Source of the DNA: Candidatus Latescibacterota bacterium
GTDB taxonomy: Bacteria > Latescibacterota > UBA2968 > UBA8231
Length of the DNA stretch: 64,000 nt
Direction of reading: 5' to 3'
Assembly: GCA_965204725.1 (NCBI GenBank)
Contig: OZ242005.1
Span: 640,001-704,000, forward strand
Shown: piece by piece, positions 8,199 through 17,703 of the stretch
How positions within the stretch are numbered: the stretch's first letter is position 1
Layout of the letters: each line of letters opens with the position of its first letter
Translations under genes and position numbers: made by a program
Notes under the pieces: model-generated
Seen by the model: only the letters and a program-made list of their open reading frames with translations
Told to the model about the DNA's origin: nothing
The model's database searches: none

Positions 8199-10169
8199 TT
8201 AATACACCGGCAGGCGGTTGCCCACCGCCCCAGAGAAGCCATCAACGATGAGCCAGACGCCGGCCGTGACGATCTGGCCGAGAGCTAGGCCGATAAAGAA
8301 GGGCACGGTCTTGTGGTAGCTCGCCGCGCCCCCGAAGCGAAGCACCAAGGTCTTGACCAGCCAAGCGAGAAAAATCGAGCACCAGATGTGGTCCATGACC
8401 CAGCCCATGCTCGCGGCAAAGCCCAAAGGATGCAGCGGCCACCAAGCCCAGCGGTTGCGCGCCCCAATCAACGCACTCATCAGCAGGGCACCGCCGCCGG
8501 TCCACAGCCAGCCGATGGCGTCCGGGCCGGTGGGATGGAGCAGTTGTTGCGCGGAGAATTTGGACGGCTCGGCCGCAAAGGTGGAAAAGTACTGCGAGTG
8601 GAGGTTGACGGCTCCGTGCGCGTAGGCCAAGCGCAGCGTGTACCAAGTTGACAGCAAAAGGCTGATGAGCATGGCCGCGGCCAAGCCCCAAAGCAACCGC
8701 CGGCGGTCGCCCGCCAATTCGCTGCCCAAGCGCAGACTGTTGGCCAAGGGGGCCGTCATAAAAACGAGCAGGTCGCCCATCCAGACGAAGGTATAGCCCA
8801 GTGCCACCACGCCCGATGACCCCAAGGCCGGTACGCCGACGGCACTGACGGTAAACCCGGCCGGGACCATGCCCGGAGTAATGGTGGGGGTCCCGGCCTC
8901 GGCGACGATGCGCGTCAGCGCGACCAAAAGGCCCAGCGCCACCGCCACCACCAGCGCGGCACTCCACACCGGCAGCCCGCTGTGCCATAACCATCCCACC
9001 ATGCCCGCCGCCCCTACGACCAAGCCGACGACGCAGAAGCGATAGGACGCCATTTCCCCGTCGTCTTGCTCGGGGTGCAAAAGGCGGCGTCCGACCTCGG
9101 CCAGATGGGCGCGGGCCGTCCACAAGCCATAGGCCACGAGCACGGCGCAGGCTCCCATCATCTGATGCCCCATCCCCGCATCGGACCACATCCCCAATTC
9201 GGCGGTGTGGTGCAGGTGCAGGTTGCGGAGCAGGCCCTCTTGCAGGGCGTGGAGCAGATAGAAAATCCAAACGCTAAAGGACAGTTGAACGCCGATGAGG
9301 TACGCGAAGCCGAGCATTAGGAAGTTCACGTCGAGGCGCAGGACGACGCTCTGCCGCAACAACGACAACCGCGTCTCCAGCTCGGGCGCGGGCATGGCCG
9401 GGAAGTAGTGATGCAGGGCCTCTAAACTGCCGAGGACAAAGGGGATGGCCAAGCCCAGCCAGACGAGACGCTGGCGAAAAAAGGGCGCGAGGCGGCTTTC
9501 TCCCGCGCCTTGGATCATGGCCAGCGGCACTTGCGCCAAAGGATAGGCCAGCCGCTCGTGATCGACCCACGGACGCCGCAGGATATTCATCAGGCATATC
9601 GCGGTTAGGTAAAATGCGGCGTAAAACGCCAGCCAGTGCCCCAAAGGGACCAGCCAAGCGTCCCAAGGGATCGGCGCGGTGCGCCCGGCCCCCTCGTAGA
9701 AGGTCTGGATGGCCTCTTTGTCCGTGACGACCATCCAGTCGGCCACGTGGGGATGGATGAGCTCGGCCCACTGGTTTTCTGGGGTGGCGTAGTAGAAGGT
9801 GCCCGTGATCATCGGCAGGAGCATCCCCACCACTCCGCGCGTGGGAATGGCCGTGGCCACCGCCATCATCGCAAAGATCGTCACCAACTCGCCGCGGCCA
9901 AACGCCCATTCCCGCCGCACAGCTCCCAGCACCACCTGCGCGCTCGCCAGCAGCACGAATAACAAGAAAAACGCGGCCGGCGTTGCCGACGAAAGCCCCA
10001 GCCGCGACCCTTGCACCACCATGCTCCCGTAGGGCACACCAACGGCGATGAGGGCCGCCAAGAGGCCGCCGGTGAGCAGGGCGCGGTCGGTGGCCCCCCG
10101 ACCCGCGGTCCGGTCGCGACGCCCTACGCGCTGGCGATAGACTGCCGGTACTTGTCGGAGCAAGACCAA
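8199..10169 (-). CDS. DUF6785/DUF6784-family polytopic membrane protein (putative transporter)
   Basis: About 650 aa hydrophobic; W...ERLAYPL, RIVAEAG, WWPLHPLGF, PFFIGL motifs; start uncertain. Confidence 0.75.
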   Translation of the reverse strand: MVLLRQVPAVYRQRVGRRDRTAGRGATDRALLTGGLLAALIAVGVPYGSMVVQGSRLGLSSATPAAFFLLFVLLASAQVVLGAVRREWAFGRGELVTIFAMMAVATAIPTRGVVGMLLPMITGTFYYATPENQWAELIHPHVADWMVVTDKEAIQTFYEGAGRTAPIPWDAWLVPLGHWLAFYAAFYLTAICLMNILRRPWVDHERLAYPLAQVPLAMIQGAGESRLAPFFRQRLVWLGLAIPFVLGSLEALHHYFPAMPAPELETRLSLLRQSVVLRLDVNFLMLGFAYLIGVQLSFSVWIFYLLHALQEGLLRNLHLHHTAELGMWSDAGMGHQMMGACAVLVAYGLWTARAHLAEVGRRLLHPEQDDGEMASYRFCVVGLVVGAAGMVGWLWHSGLPVWSAALVVAVALGLLVALTRIVAEAGTPTITPGMVPAGFTVSAVGVPALGSSGVVALGYTFVWMGDLLVFMTAPLANSLRLGSELAGDRRRLLWGLAAAMLISLLLSTWYTLRLAYAHGAVNLHSQYFSTFAAEPSKFSAQQLLHPTGPDAIGWLWTGGGALLMSALIGARNRWAWWPLHPLGFAASMGWVMDHIWCSIFLAWLVKTLVLRFGGAASYHKTVPFFIGLALGQIVTAGVWLIVDGFSGAVGNRLPVY

Positions 10170-10423
10170 GCCTCCCCGAGGACGCCGCTTGGCAGGTCGA
10201 GCGGATGATACAAGGCGGCCTGCACGGCGGGGGACGCCACAACGACGAGTTGGGAGAGGGAGCTTGCGCCTGTTGAGAGCATCGCTGATCTTCTATTTGC
10301 GAGGGGGCAAGCGGGCGATAGGGGTAGGGACATAGCGACTGCTATACTATGGCAAATTTCGCCGGGAGGCAAATTTCGTGGTAGCATTTGAGATGGGGAG
10401 ATGATAAGGCGGGTGTTCATAAC

Positions 10424-13012
10424 ATGAGTGAAGAACTTTTGCAAACTTCGGGTATCTTTATCGGGCGATATACGTATCACCGCCTTGGGGCCTCTACGTT
10501 ATCGCAGCTAAAAAGAGCGGGAATCGTCTCTGGTTCGATTCCGAACCGCATCAAAAACAAAAGGCCCGATGGGTTGATTACGCTCGGTAGAGGCACCGTA
10601 AAAGCGTGTATTGAATATAAGACTCCTGCTGAGCTATCTACCGAGTCCCAGATCAAAAAAGCAATTTTACAAGAGATAGAAGTAGCAAGGCATTTTTGTA
10701 ACCTGCTGATCGTCACAGATGGGAGCAAAACCTGCTGGGTCAACCCACATACGGGAAATCGAGTAACATCTGCTGCACTGCCAGTATTCAACGCTAAGGC
10801 ACTTATCGACCAAGCCGTTTCAGCCGAACAATTACAGCACCTAGAACAAACAATCGACCAAGCCGATCATTCGCTGTCTCCTACCAACGACGAGTTGAGC
10901 AGCCCGAAGCTGATTGATCCCTCACAACTCGCCCATACGATTTGGCAAAAAATCTGGATCAACACGGGCAAAGAACCGGAAAAATGCCTGTACAACGTGG
11001 TCGAGCTATTTGTTTTTAAGTTTCTTTCCGACCTCTCCGTACTTGAACCGCACAACAATTTTGCCCACGTGTACGAGCTAAGCAAGTCGTCTAGCCCAAG
11101 CGCGGCACTGACGAACTATGCCCAAATAAGTCGACCCGCTATTCGCGATCTATTCCCAGAGGGGACGGACGGGACTACGATCATAAACGGTACGATTTTC
11201 GTCAATGAGCGAGGCAAACCCAATTTATCTCAAGCGAGGCTGTTTTGCGAAGTTTTAGGCGACCTGCAAGGCTTTGATCAGGAATACGGGTCCTTCAAAT
11301 ACATTCAGCGGCAATTCAAAATGAGGCTCTACGAATCGTTTCTCCGCCAAGGGGCAGGCTTGCGTCATTTGGGCCAATACTTCACGCCGCGAAACGTCGT
11401 GCAAGCTATCGTAAAAATGTCAACAGCTAATTCGCTAGCGCCCGGTGCCTCTTTGTGCGACCCTTTTTGTGGCGTAGGGGGCTTCTTGTTGGAGGCCATC
11501 CTTGAAAGCCCTCGGTTGATGGCGCAATTCAGACCGCACAATGGAGTCATAAACCCGCAAGTATCGGTTGTCGGATACGATAAGGGAAGCGACGAGCAAG
11601 AAGACGAGCGGACCATTGTTCTAGCAAAAGCCAATGCCATTATTTATTTTTCCGATCTTATCGCGGCCTATAACTCCCCTGATTTTATCGGCGAGTTTGC
11701 CAAAAAAGTCGTCAACCCGATGTTTAAGCTGCTACGGGACAACCTCGGCACATTTGCCGTCCCTGACGATGCCAAGCACGATCTCATTCTCACCAATCCG
11801 CCGTATGTTACGAGCGGCTCCAGTAGCTTAAAAAATGCCCTAGAGGATGCCGGTATCGCCGACGAATATGCCGTTGCTGGTCGCGGCACAGAGGCCCTTG
11901 CCTTACAGTGGATCATTAAGAGTTTGAAGCCGGGCGGAGCGGCGTTTGTCATTGTACCGGATGGATTGCTGAATCAAGAAAACATCTTAAATTACACAAA
12001 ACAAAAGTGTCTGATTCGCGCCGTGGTGTCTCTGCCGATTCGCACCTTCTATTCAACTCCCAAGAAAACATATATTTTAGTGCTTGAAAACAAGGGCGAC
12101 GAACGCGCTGAACAGACTACTCCTGTTTTTACGTATTTAGTATCGGAAATCGGAGAGTCGCGTGATGCAAATCGTTGGGAACTCGACAAAAACGATCTGA
12201 TCGAAATGGTAGATTCATTTAATCAATTCAAAGGTTCCCCTGATGCGTTCACTTCTTCATGCCGGCGCTGCAAAATCATCCCGTGGAACGATTTTGCAAC
12301 CCATCGGCATTGGATGGTAGATCGCTATTGGCGAGCGGATGAATTGGAGCAACTAGGGGCAACTCATACACGGGAAGAATTAGACATAGAACAGTTTAAT
12401 CGCCTACTCGCGCAGTCGGGAGAAACCCCGATAGATTACTTGGATGTAAACGCACAATTCAAGGAGGTACTGCTCGGCGATCGGGATTTGTTCACCTTGC
12501 AGATCGGCAAACGAGTGCTCAAGAAAAATTGTGTAGAACAAGGCATTCCTTGTATCAGTGCAAACGTGCGCGATGTTTTTGGCTACATTGAGAGTTCAGA
12601 CCTGTTGACTGAATTTGACATCCCATCGCTTACTTGGGGCTTAGATGGAAACTTTGCTTGGCACCTGATCCCCGCTTGTTTTCCATTCCATCCGACGGAC
12701 CATTGCGGGGTATTGCGAATAGTCGATAACAACATTGATCCAGAGTATTTATACTATGCACTGCACACGACGCGCGATCGGCATGGGTTTGACCGAACAT
12801 ACCGTGCCAACCTAGACAACATAACACGTGTATCAGTGGATATTCCAATATGCGAGGACGGTACATTCGACCTTGCAGCGCAAAAGAAAATAGCAGCAAA
12901 ACATCGCGAAATCGAAGAAAAGCGAGCACATGCCATACAGCTCTTGCAGCAGATCGCGGATGCTCGTATTGCAGATGTAGTCAGGCAAGATGAACGCGAG
13001 CCAGCCGACTAG
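10424..13012 (+). CDS. Single-chain type IIG-like restriction-modification enzyme (nuclease + N6-adenine MTase + TRD)
   Basis: N-terminal RPDG...IEYK (PD-ExK); GQYFTPR, DPFCGVGGF, NPPY; C-terminal HsdS-like TRD; AT-richer. ATG 10424 (MSEELLQ) preferred. Confidence 0.8.
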   Translation: MSEELLQTSGIFIGRYTYHRLGASTLSQLKRAGIVSGSIPNRIKNKRPDGLITLGRGTVKACIEYKTPAELSTESQIKKAILQEIEVARHFCNLLIVTDGSKTCWVNPHTGNRVTSAALPVFNAKALIDQAVSAEQLQHLEQTIDQADHSLSPTNDELSSPKLIDPSQLAHTIWQKIWINTGKEPEKCLYNVVELFVFKFLSDLSVLEPHNNFAHVYELSKSSSPSAALTNYAQISRPAIRDLFPEGTDGTTIINGTIFVNERGKPNLSQARLFCEVLGDLQGFDQEYGSFKYIQRQFKMRLYESFLRQGAGLRHLGQYFTPRNVVQAIVKMSTANSLAPGASLCDPFCGVGGFLLEAILESPRLMAQFRPHNGVINPQVSVVGYDKGSDEQEDERTIVLAKANAIIYFSDLIAAYNSPDFIGEFAKKVVNPMFKLLRDNLGTFAVPDDAKHDLILTNPPYVTSGSSSLKNALEDAGIADEYAVAGRGTEALALQWIIKSLKPGGAAFVIVPDGLLNQENILNYTKQKCLIRAVVSLPIRTFYSTPKKTYILVLENKGDERAEQTTPVFTYLVSEIGESRDANRWELDKNDLIEMVDSFNQFKGSPDAFTSSCRRCKIIPWNDFATHRHWMVDRYWRADELEQLGATHTREELDIEQFNRLLAQSGETPIDYLDVNAQFKEVLLGDRDLFTLQIGKRVLKKNCVEQGIPCISANVRDVFGYIESSDLLTEFDIPSLTWGLDGNFAWHLIPACFPFHPTDHCGVLRIVDNNIDPEYLYYALHTTRDRHGFDRTYRANLDNITRVSVDIPICEDGTFDLAAQKKIAAKHREIEEKRAHAIQLLQQIADARIADVVRQDEREPAD

Positions 13013-13021
13013 AATCGAGAA

Positions 13022-15898
13022 TCAATTCTTCTGCCGCTCATCCCTTGGATCGTAAAAGGGCAGCGCGGCCACCTCCGCCTCGCTCGTCGAACCATCGTCT
13101 AGGCGCACTTCCACTGGAGTACCGGGCGCGACCATGTCCGCTTCGACAAAGGCCAAGCCGAGCGGATACCCCAGCGTCGAGACCGGGGCAATGCTGGTCA
13201 TGCGACCGGCGATCCAACCCTTCCGCACGATCAAGTTGCACTCCTCGGGCAGCTTGCCGGCAAAATTAGTCGGCCACCGCACGCCGACCAGCGCGCGCCG
13301 CACGGGACGCGCCGCGTAGATTTGCAGGCTGCGCTGGCCGACGAAGAAGCGCTTGTTTTTGCCAATGGTCCACGCCAAGCCCGCCTCTTGCGGATGCGTC
13401 AGCGCGTCTGTGTCGTGGCCGACGATCAAGTGCCCCTTTTCCAAGCGCAACAGGCGCTGCGCCTCCACCCCAAAGGGACGCGCACCGGCCGCCGCCAGTG
13501 CCTGCCACACGTGTTCCCCTTCCCAAGCCGGCACGTGGATCTCGTATCCCAGTTCGCCGACAAAACCCACCCGCATCACCAGCGCCCGAACCCCGGCCAC
13601 CGCGCCCTCGCGCACCCTTAGATAGGAGAAAGGCCCGGACCTCAGATCGAGGTCTGTCAACGCCGCCAGCGCGGCACGGCTTGTTGGACCCGCCAGATTG
13701 AACGCCGCGAGCTGACCCGTGGCATTGCTCAAGGTCGCGTCCAAGCCCCAAATTGCGGCCCAGCGCAGCATCTCGCGGTAAAAGGCCGCCGCGCCGCTGC
13801 TGGTCGTAGTGACGTAGAAGCGGTCCTCGGCCAGCCGCGCAATCACCCCGTCCTCAACCACGACCCCACTCTCGTCGAGTGCCACGCCGTAGCGGCAGCG
13901 GCCAATCGGCAGCTTTTTGAAGCGGCCAGTATAAAGGCGCTCGATCAGCTCTCCAGCGTCCGGGCCGCTGATCTGCAACTTGCCCAGCGTACTCACGTCG
14001 ATCATCCCCAAACCAGCCCGCACGTGCCGCGCCTCCTGCACGATGCACTCGTCGCGGCCCGCCGTGCCGCAGCGATAGTATTCGGGTCGATACCAGTCGC
14101 CGGCGTGGGCAAAGACCGCGCCGTGTGCGCGATGCCAATTGTGGATCGGCGTCCGGCGCGTCGGGTGGAAGCGCCGACCCGCCAAATGTCCCAGCGGCAC
14201 CGGCTGGTAGAAGGGACGGGCGGTCGTCGAACCGGTCGCGGCGATGGAGTCGCCGTTGAGTTTGGCCAAGACCCGCAGCGCGTTCATGTTGGACAGCTTG
14301 CCTTGGCTCGGCCCCATCCCCACGGTGCTGTAGCGCTTGAGCAGTTCGACGCTGTCGAAGCCTTCTTGATGGGCATCAACGAAATCTGCTAGGTGCAAAT
14401 CCTCGTCGAAATCCACGAAGTTCTTTTTGCTCGGATGGGCGAAAATGGGATAGCGGTGGCTGGAGGCTTCTGACGCTGGCGGCGGCGGCGCGGGCAGCGC
14501 GGCCGGGCCGTGACCCGCGTGGTGTGCGGCCCTAAGCCCGGCGGCCCGCCCGTCTTCCCGCTGCGCCGCTAGGTCATGCACCCCGCGAACGCGCCCGGCG
14601 ACAAAGACCCCGTCGGGACATGACTGGGGCACGAGCTGGTCCAGCGCCTCGTCGTACGCGAATTGCACCCCCGCTTGGCTGGGCAGCGCGGCGTTGGGCA
14701 TCCAGCCGACCGACGCGGTTAGGCCGTCACAGGCAATCTCCGTCCCGCGCTGGGCGTCTAGGGTGCCGTCGGCCGCTAGCGGGGCCACTACGACGCCGCG
14801 CAAGCCATTCTTAGGCCGATTGGGCACCGCCGTATAGACCGCGTGGCCGCGGTAGATCGGCACCCCGGCGGCGGCGACTTTTTCCGCTAAGCCCACCGGC
14901 GTCGCGTCGGGACGCAAATCGGCAATAGCCGCCACCTCCACGCCCGCGCCGAGCATGTCCAGCACCATCCTATACGCATCGCTGTTGGCCGCGAGCACCA
15001 CCATGTGGTCGCAGGGTTTGACCGCGTACAACTTGACCAACCGCTGGGCGGCCGACCCGAGCAGCACACCCGGCAGGTCGTTGTGCCCAAAGACGGCCGG
15101 TTGCTCGATCTCGCCGTTGGCATAGACGACGGCCGCAGCCCGCACCTTGGTCATCCGCACGGCGTCGAACAAAGCAACCCATCCGTCGGCATAGTGCCCG
15201 CCAGCCATCGTCCCACAGCGGACCTCGACCGTGGGCAGGTCCGCGAGCACCGCGACCAACTCGTCGCAGTTCCCGCCGTGCTGCCACGCCCAACTCCCCC
15301 CCAACCGCGCCTGTTCCTCGACCAGCAAAACGCGGGCCCCCGCCTCGCCTGCGGCCCGTGCCGCCTCCAGCCCGGCCGCGCCCCCACCCACGACCAGCAC
15401 ATCGCACCAAGCGCATTCCTTGGGGCTGGCAGTCGGCGGCAGCGCGCCGTTGAACTGGCCCAAGCCCGCGATCTGGCGGATGATCCGCTCGTGAAAGGGA
15501 AAAAGCCACCGGGGACGGTGAAATGCCTTGTAGTAAAAACCCACTGGCATAAAGCGGCCCAACCGCTCCAGCCACTGGAGCAGGTCGCGTTTCAGCCCGC
15601 CTAGGGTGTTGACGGCCCGCAGGTTCATGCCCGAGACCAACGGCTCGCTATCGCCGCGCAGATGCGTGCGCTCGCCGTCTGTAAACAGCGCGTTGGCATC
15701 GTGCCCGGCCAAGCTGTACGCCCCGCGCGGCCGGTGGTACTTGAAGCTGCGTCCCATCATCTGTACGCCATGGGCCAGCAGCGCACTGGCCACACAATCG
15801 CCGACAAAGCCGCTAAACGCCTTGTCTTCAAAGCGAAATTCAATGGGCTGCGTCCGGTCGATCCACTCCCCGGGCTGGGCGGGCAGGCGGCGCTTCAC
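13022..15898 (-). CDS. mgdC: N-methylglutamate dehydrogenase large subunit (sarcosine oxidase alpha-like)
   Basis: RSFKYHRPRG, GGGAAGL, KRYSTVGMGPSQGK, GcvT-like C-terminal domain. GTG start at 15898 overlaps the mgdB stop. Confidence 0.85.
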   Translation of the reverse strand: MKRRLPAQPGEWIDRTQPIEFRFEDKAFSGFVGDCVASALLAHGVQMMGRSFKYHRPRGAYSLAGHDANALFTDGERTHLRGDSEPLVSGMNLRAVNTLGGLKRDLLQWLERLGRFMPVGFYYKAFHRPRWLFPFHERIIRQIAGLGQFNGALPPTASPKECAWCDVLVVGGGAAGLEAARAAGEAGARVLLVEEQARLGGSWAWQHGGNCDELVAVLADLPTVEVRCGTMAGGHYADGWVALFDAVRMTKVRAAAVVYANGEIEQPAVFGHNDLPGVLLGSAAQRLVKLYAVKPCDHMVVLAANSDAYRMVLDMLGAGVEVAAIADLRPDATPVGLAEKVAAAGVPIYRGHAVYTAVPNRPKNGLRGVVVAPLAADGTLDAQRGTEIACDGLTASVGWMPNAALPSQAGVQFAYDEALDQLVPQSCPDGVFVAGRVRGVHDLAAQREDGRAAGLRAAHHAGHGPAALPAPPPPASEASSHRYPIFAHPSKKNFVDFDEDLHLADFVDAHQEGFDSVELLKRYSTVGMGPSQGKLSNMNALRVLAKLNGDSIAATGSTTARPFYQPVPLGHLAGRRFHPTRRTPIHNWHRAHGAVFAHAGDWYRPEYYRCGTAGRDECIVQEARHVRAGLGMIDVSTLGKLQISGPDAGELIERLYTGRFKKLPIGRCRYGVALDESGVVVEDGVIARLAEDRFYVTTTSSGAAAFYREMLRWAAIWGLDATLSNATGQLAAFNLAGPTSRAALAALTDLDLRSGPFSYLRVREGAVAGVRALVMRVGFVGELGYEIHVPAWEGEHVWQALAAAGARPFGVEAQRLLRLEKGHLIVGHDTDALTHPQEAGLAWTIGKNKRFFVGQRSLQIYAARPVRRALVGVRWPTNFAGKLPEECNLIVRKGWIAGRMTSIAPVSTLGYPLGLAFVEADMVAPGTPVEVRLDDGSTSEAEVAALPFYDPRDERQKN

Positions 15899-16158
15899 GC
15901 GGGATCCTCCTCGCCCCACAAATAGGTGCGGACGATCTGGTCGCGGGCCGTGTCGCGCTCGGCGATAAACCAAGTGCTGCTGGCGCGGTGGAACCACCAC
16001 TCGCGCTGGATGCCCGGCTCGCCACTGCGATTGAATACGTAGTCGGCCCACGTAGCGTCGCTAACTTGCTTGGGATCGGGCATGGGGCGCACCGCGCCGC
16101 CGAAGACAAATTCCTCCAGCGGCCTCGGGCCGTTGATCGGGCAGGTGAGGATTTTCAC
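15895..16158 (-). CDS. mgdB: N-methylglutamate dehydrogenase small subunit (sarcosine oxidase delta-like)
   Basis: MKILTCPINGPR...EF...REWWFH...ERDT. Confidence 0.85.
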   Translation of the reverse strand: MKILTCPINGPRPLEEFVFGGAVRPMPDPKQVSDATWADYVFNRSGEPGIQREWWFHRASSTWFIAERDTARDQIVRTYLWGEEDPA

Positions 16159-16176
16159 GACTGCCCCCTTGCGCGG

Positions 16177-17421
16177 CTAGTGACCAACGGACGCCGCTCC
16201 CTTCTCCCCGACCAGCGTAAACGCGCCAAAGCGCGACAGGTTAAAGGCGCGGATGAGCGGGTGAGCCTCGTCGTGGGCCAGCGTGTGGGCCAAGGTGTAG
16301 CCGCAGACCGGCGTGGCCTTAAAACCCCAAGTGCCCCAACCCGCGTCGATGTAAAAGCCGGCAATCGGCGTCGTGCCCATGATCGGGGAAAAGTCTGGGG
16401 TCATGTCGCACAGGCCGGCCCACTGACGCAGCACCTTGACATCGGCCAAGCCGGGAAAGAGGTCGAGCAGATGCCCGGCCAACCCCTCGGCAAAGTCGAG
16501 GGTCGAGCGCATGGACGTTAGCTCGTAGGGGTCCAAAGAGGCCCCGGCCACCAATTCGCCGCGCGAGGATTGGCTGACGTACGTGTGCAGGCTGGCCGAT
16601 ACGACAATCGCGTCGAGCCACGGCTTGAACGGTTCGGTGACAAACGCTTGGAGCGGATGCACCACCAGCGGCGAGCGCAAGCCGACCATCCGCTGTATTT
16701 GCGGCGTCCAGCCGGCCACGGCGCTGAGCACCTTGCGGGTCTGGATAAAACCGCGGTCCGTGTAAACGCCAGCGATCCGGCCATCCTCTACCTCAATGTC
16801 GGTGACGCGGGTCTGCTGGTGGATTTCAACGCCTTGGCGGTCGGCACCGCGTGCATAGGCCCACGCTACGGCGTCGTGGCGAGCAATGGCCCCGGGCGGG
16901 TGGTAGAGCGCACCGACGATGGGCGGCTGGTGCCCGCCGCAGCTTAGGTCGATTGCGGGAATGGTTTTCTTGACGAACTCCGGGCCGACGACCTCGGAGT
17001 TAATGCCGAGGTGCTTGTTGACCTCGGCGCGCCAGCGCTGGGTGCGCAGCGCGGCCTGCGTGTGCGCCAAGGTGAAGTGGCCGCGCTCGGAGTAGAACAG
17101 GTTGTAGTCGAGTTGCCGCGACAAATCGCGGTAGAGCTCCACGCTGAATTGGTAAAAGCGCGCCCCTTCTTCCGTCAGGTAATTCGAGCGGATGATGGCC
17201 GTGTTGCGGCCGGTGCCGCCGTGGCCGATGTAGCGCTGCTCCAAGACAGCCACATCGCAAATGCCGTGCTCTTGGGCCAGATAGTGCGCCGCAGCCAGCC
17301 CGTGCCCGCCGCCGCCGATGATGACCACCTCGTACCGGTCGCGTAGCCGCTCGGGCGAGCGGTACATGCGCGGCTTAGGCTTCGTTTGCGAGAAGCCGTA
17401 TTTGAGCAACCGATAGGGCAT
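16177..17421 (-). CDS. mgdA: N-methylglutamate dehydrogenase FAD subunit (sarcosine oxidase beta-like)
   Basis: IIGGGGHGLA, GRNTAIIRSNY, ARHDAVAW, GWGTWGFKATP, EKGAASVGH. Confidence 0.88.
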   Translation of the reverse strand: MPYRLLKYGFSQTKPKPRMYRSPERLRDRYEVVIIGGGGHGLAAAHYLAQEHGICDVAVLEQRYIGHGGTGRNTAIIRSNYLTEEGARFYQFSVELYRDLSRQLDYNLFYSERGHFTLAHTQAALRTQRWRAEVNKHLGINSEVVGPEFVKKTIPAIDLSCGGHQPPIVGALYHPPGAIARHDAVAWAYARGADRQGVEIHQQTRVTDIEVEDGRIAGVYTDRGFIQTRKVLSAVAGWTPQIQRMVGLRSPLVVHPLQAFVTEPFKPWLDAIVVSASLHTYVSQSSRGELVAGASLDPYELTSMRSTLDFAEGLAGHLLDLFPGLADVKVLRQWAGLCDMTPDFSPIMGTTPIAGFYIDAGWGTWGFKATPVCGYTLAHTLAHDEAHPLIRAFNLSRFGAFTLVGEKGAASVGH

Positions 17422-17448
17422 GGACCGTCTTCCCAAAAAGCAAGCGGT

Positions 17449-17631
17449 TTAAGGCAGTGAGCGTCCCAAGTCTTCATAGAGTTCAACAACCGCAGCAAAA
17501 GCATCTTGGGCGTTTTCCAAAGCGTGGGGTATCGAATCTCCTTCTGAGATCAACTCAGGCAACAAAGGGGACGTCACCGTGTACCCCCCTTCGGGTTGCG
17601 ACGTTAAAACAAGGGGCACTTTGTAATTCAT
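17449..17631 (-). CDS. hicB: Orphan, short HicB-family antitoxin
   Basis: 60 aa; QPEGGYTVTSPLLPELISEGD...A; GGAGG RBS; no hicA nearby. Confidence 0.7.
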   Translation of the reverse strand: MNYKVPLVLTSQPEGGYTVTSPLLPELISEGDSIPHALENAQDAFAAVVELYEDLGRSLP

Positions 17632-17703
17632 CGGAATCCCTCCGTGTATTCGCCGGACCAAAATGTCAGAACATCGCTCAGCAAAGTAAGTAGGGACATG
17701 GCC

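Noticed and set aside
10124-10480. 118-aa minus-strand ORF upstream of the DUF6785 gene
   Set aside because: Overlaps both flanking genes and the divergent promoter region; no recognisable motif.
15899-16051. N-terminal extension of the 1009-aa ORF (similarly 19060-19140, 32381-32515, 34354-34563, 44061-44111, 59493-59588)
   Set aside because: Extensions overlap upstream genes or lack homology; downstream starts with RBS or stop-start coupling fit better.
13022-17421. Calling the cluster a true sarcosine oxidase (soxBDAG)
   Set aside because: Adjacency to mgsABC and gmaS favours N-methylglutamate dehydrogenase, though sequence alone cannot exclude sarcosine activity.
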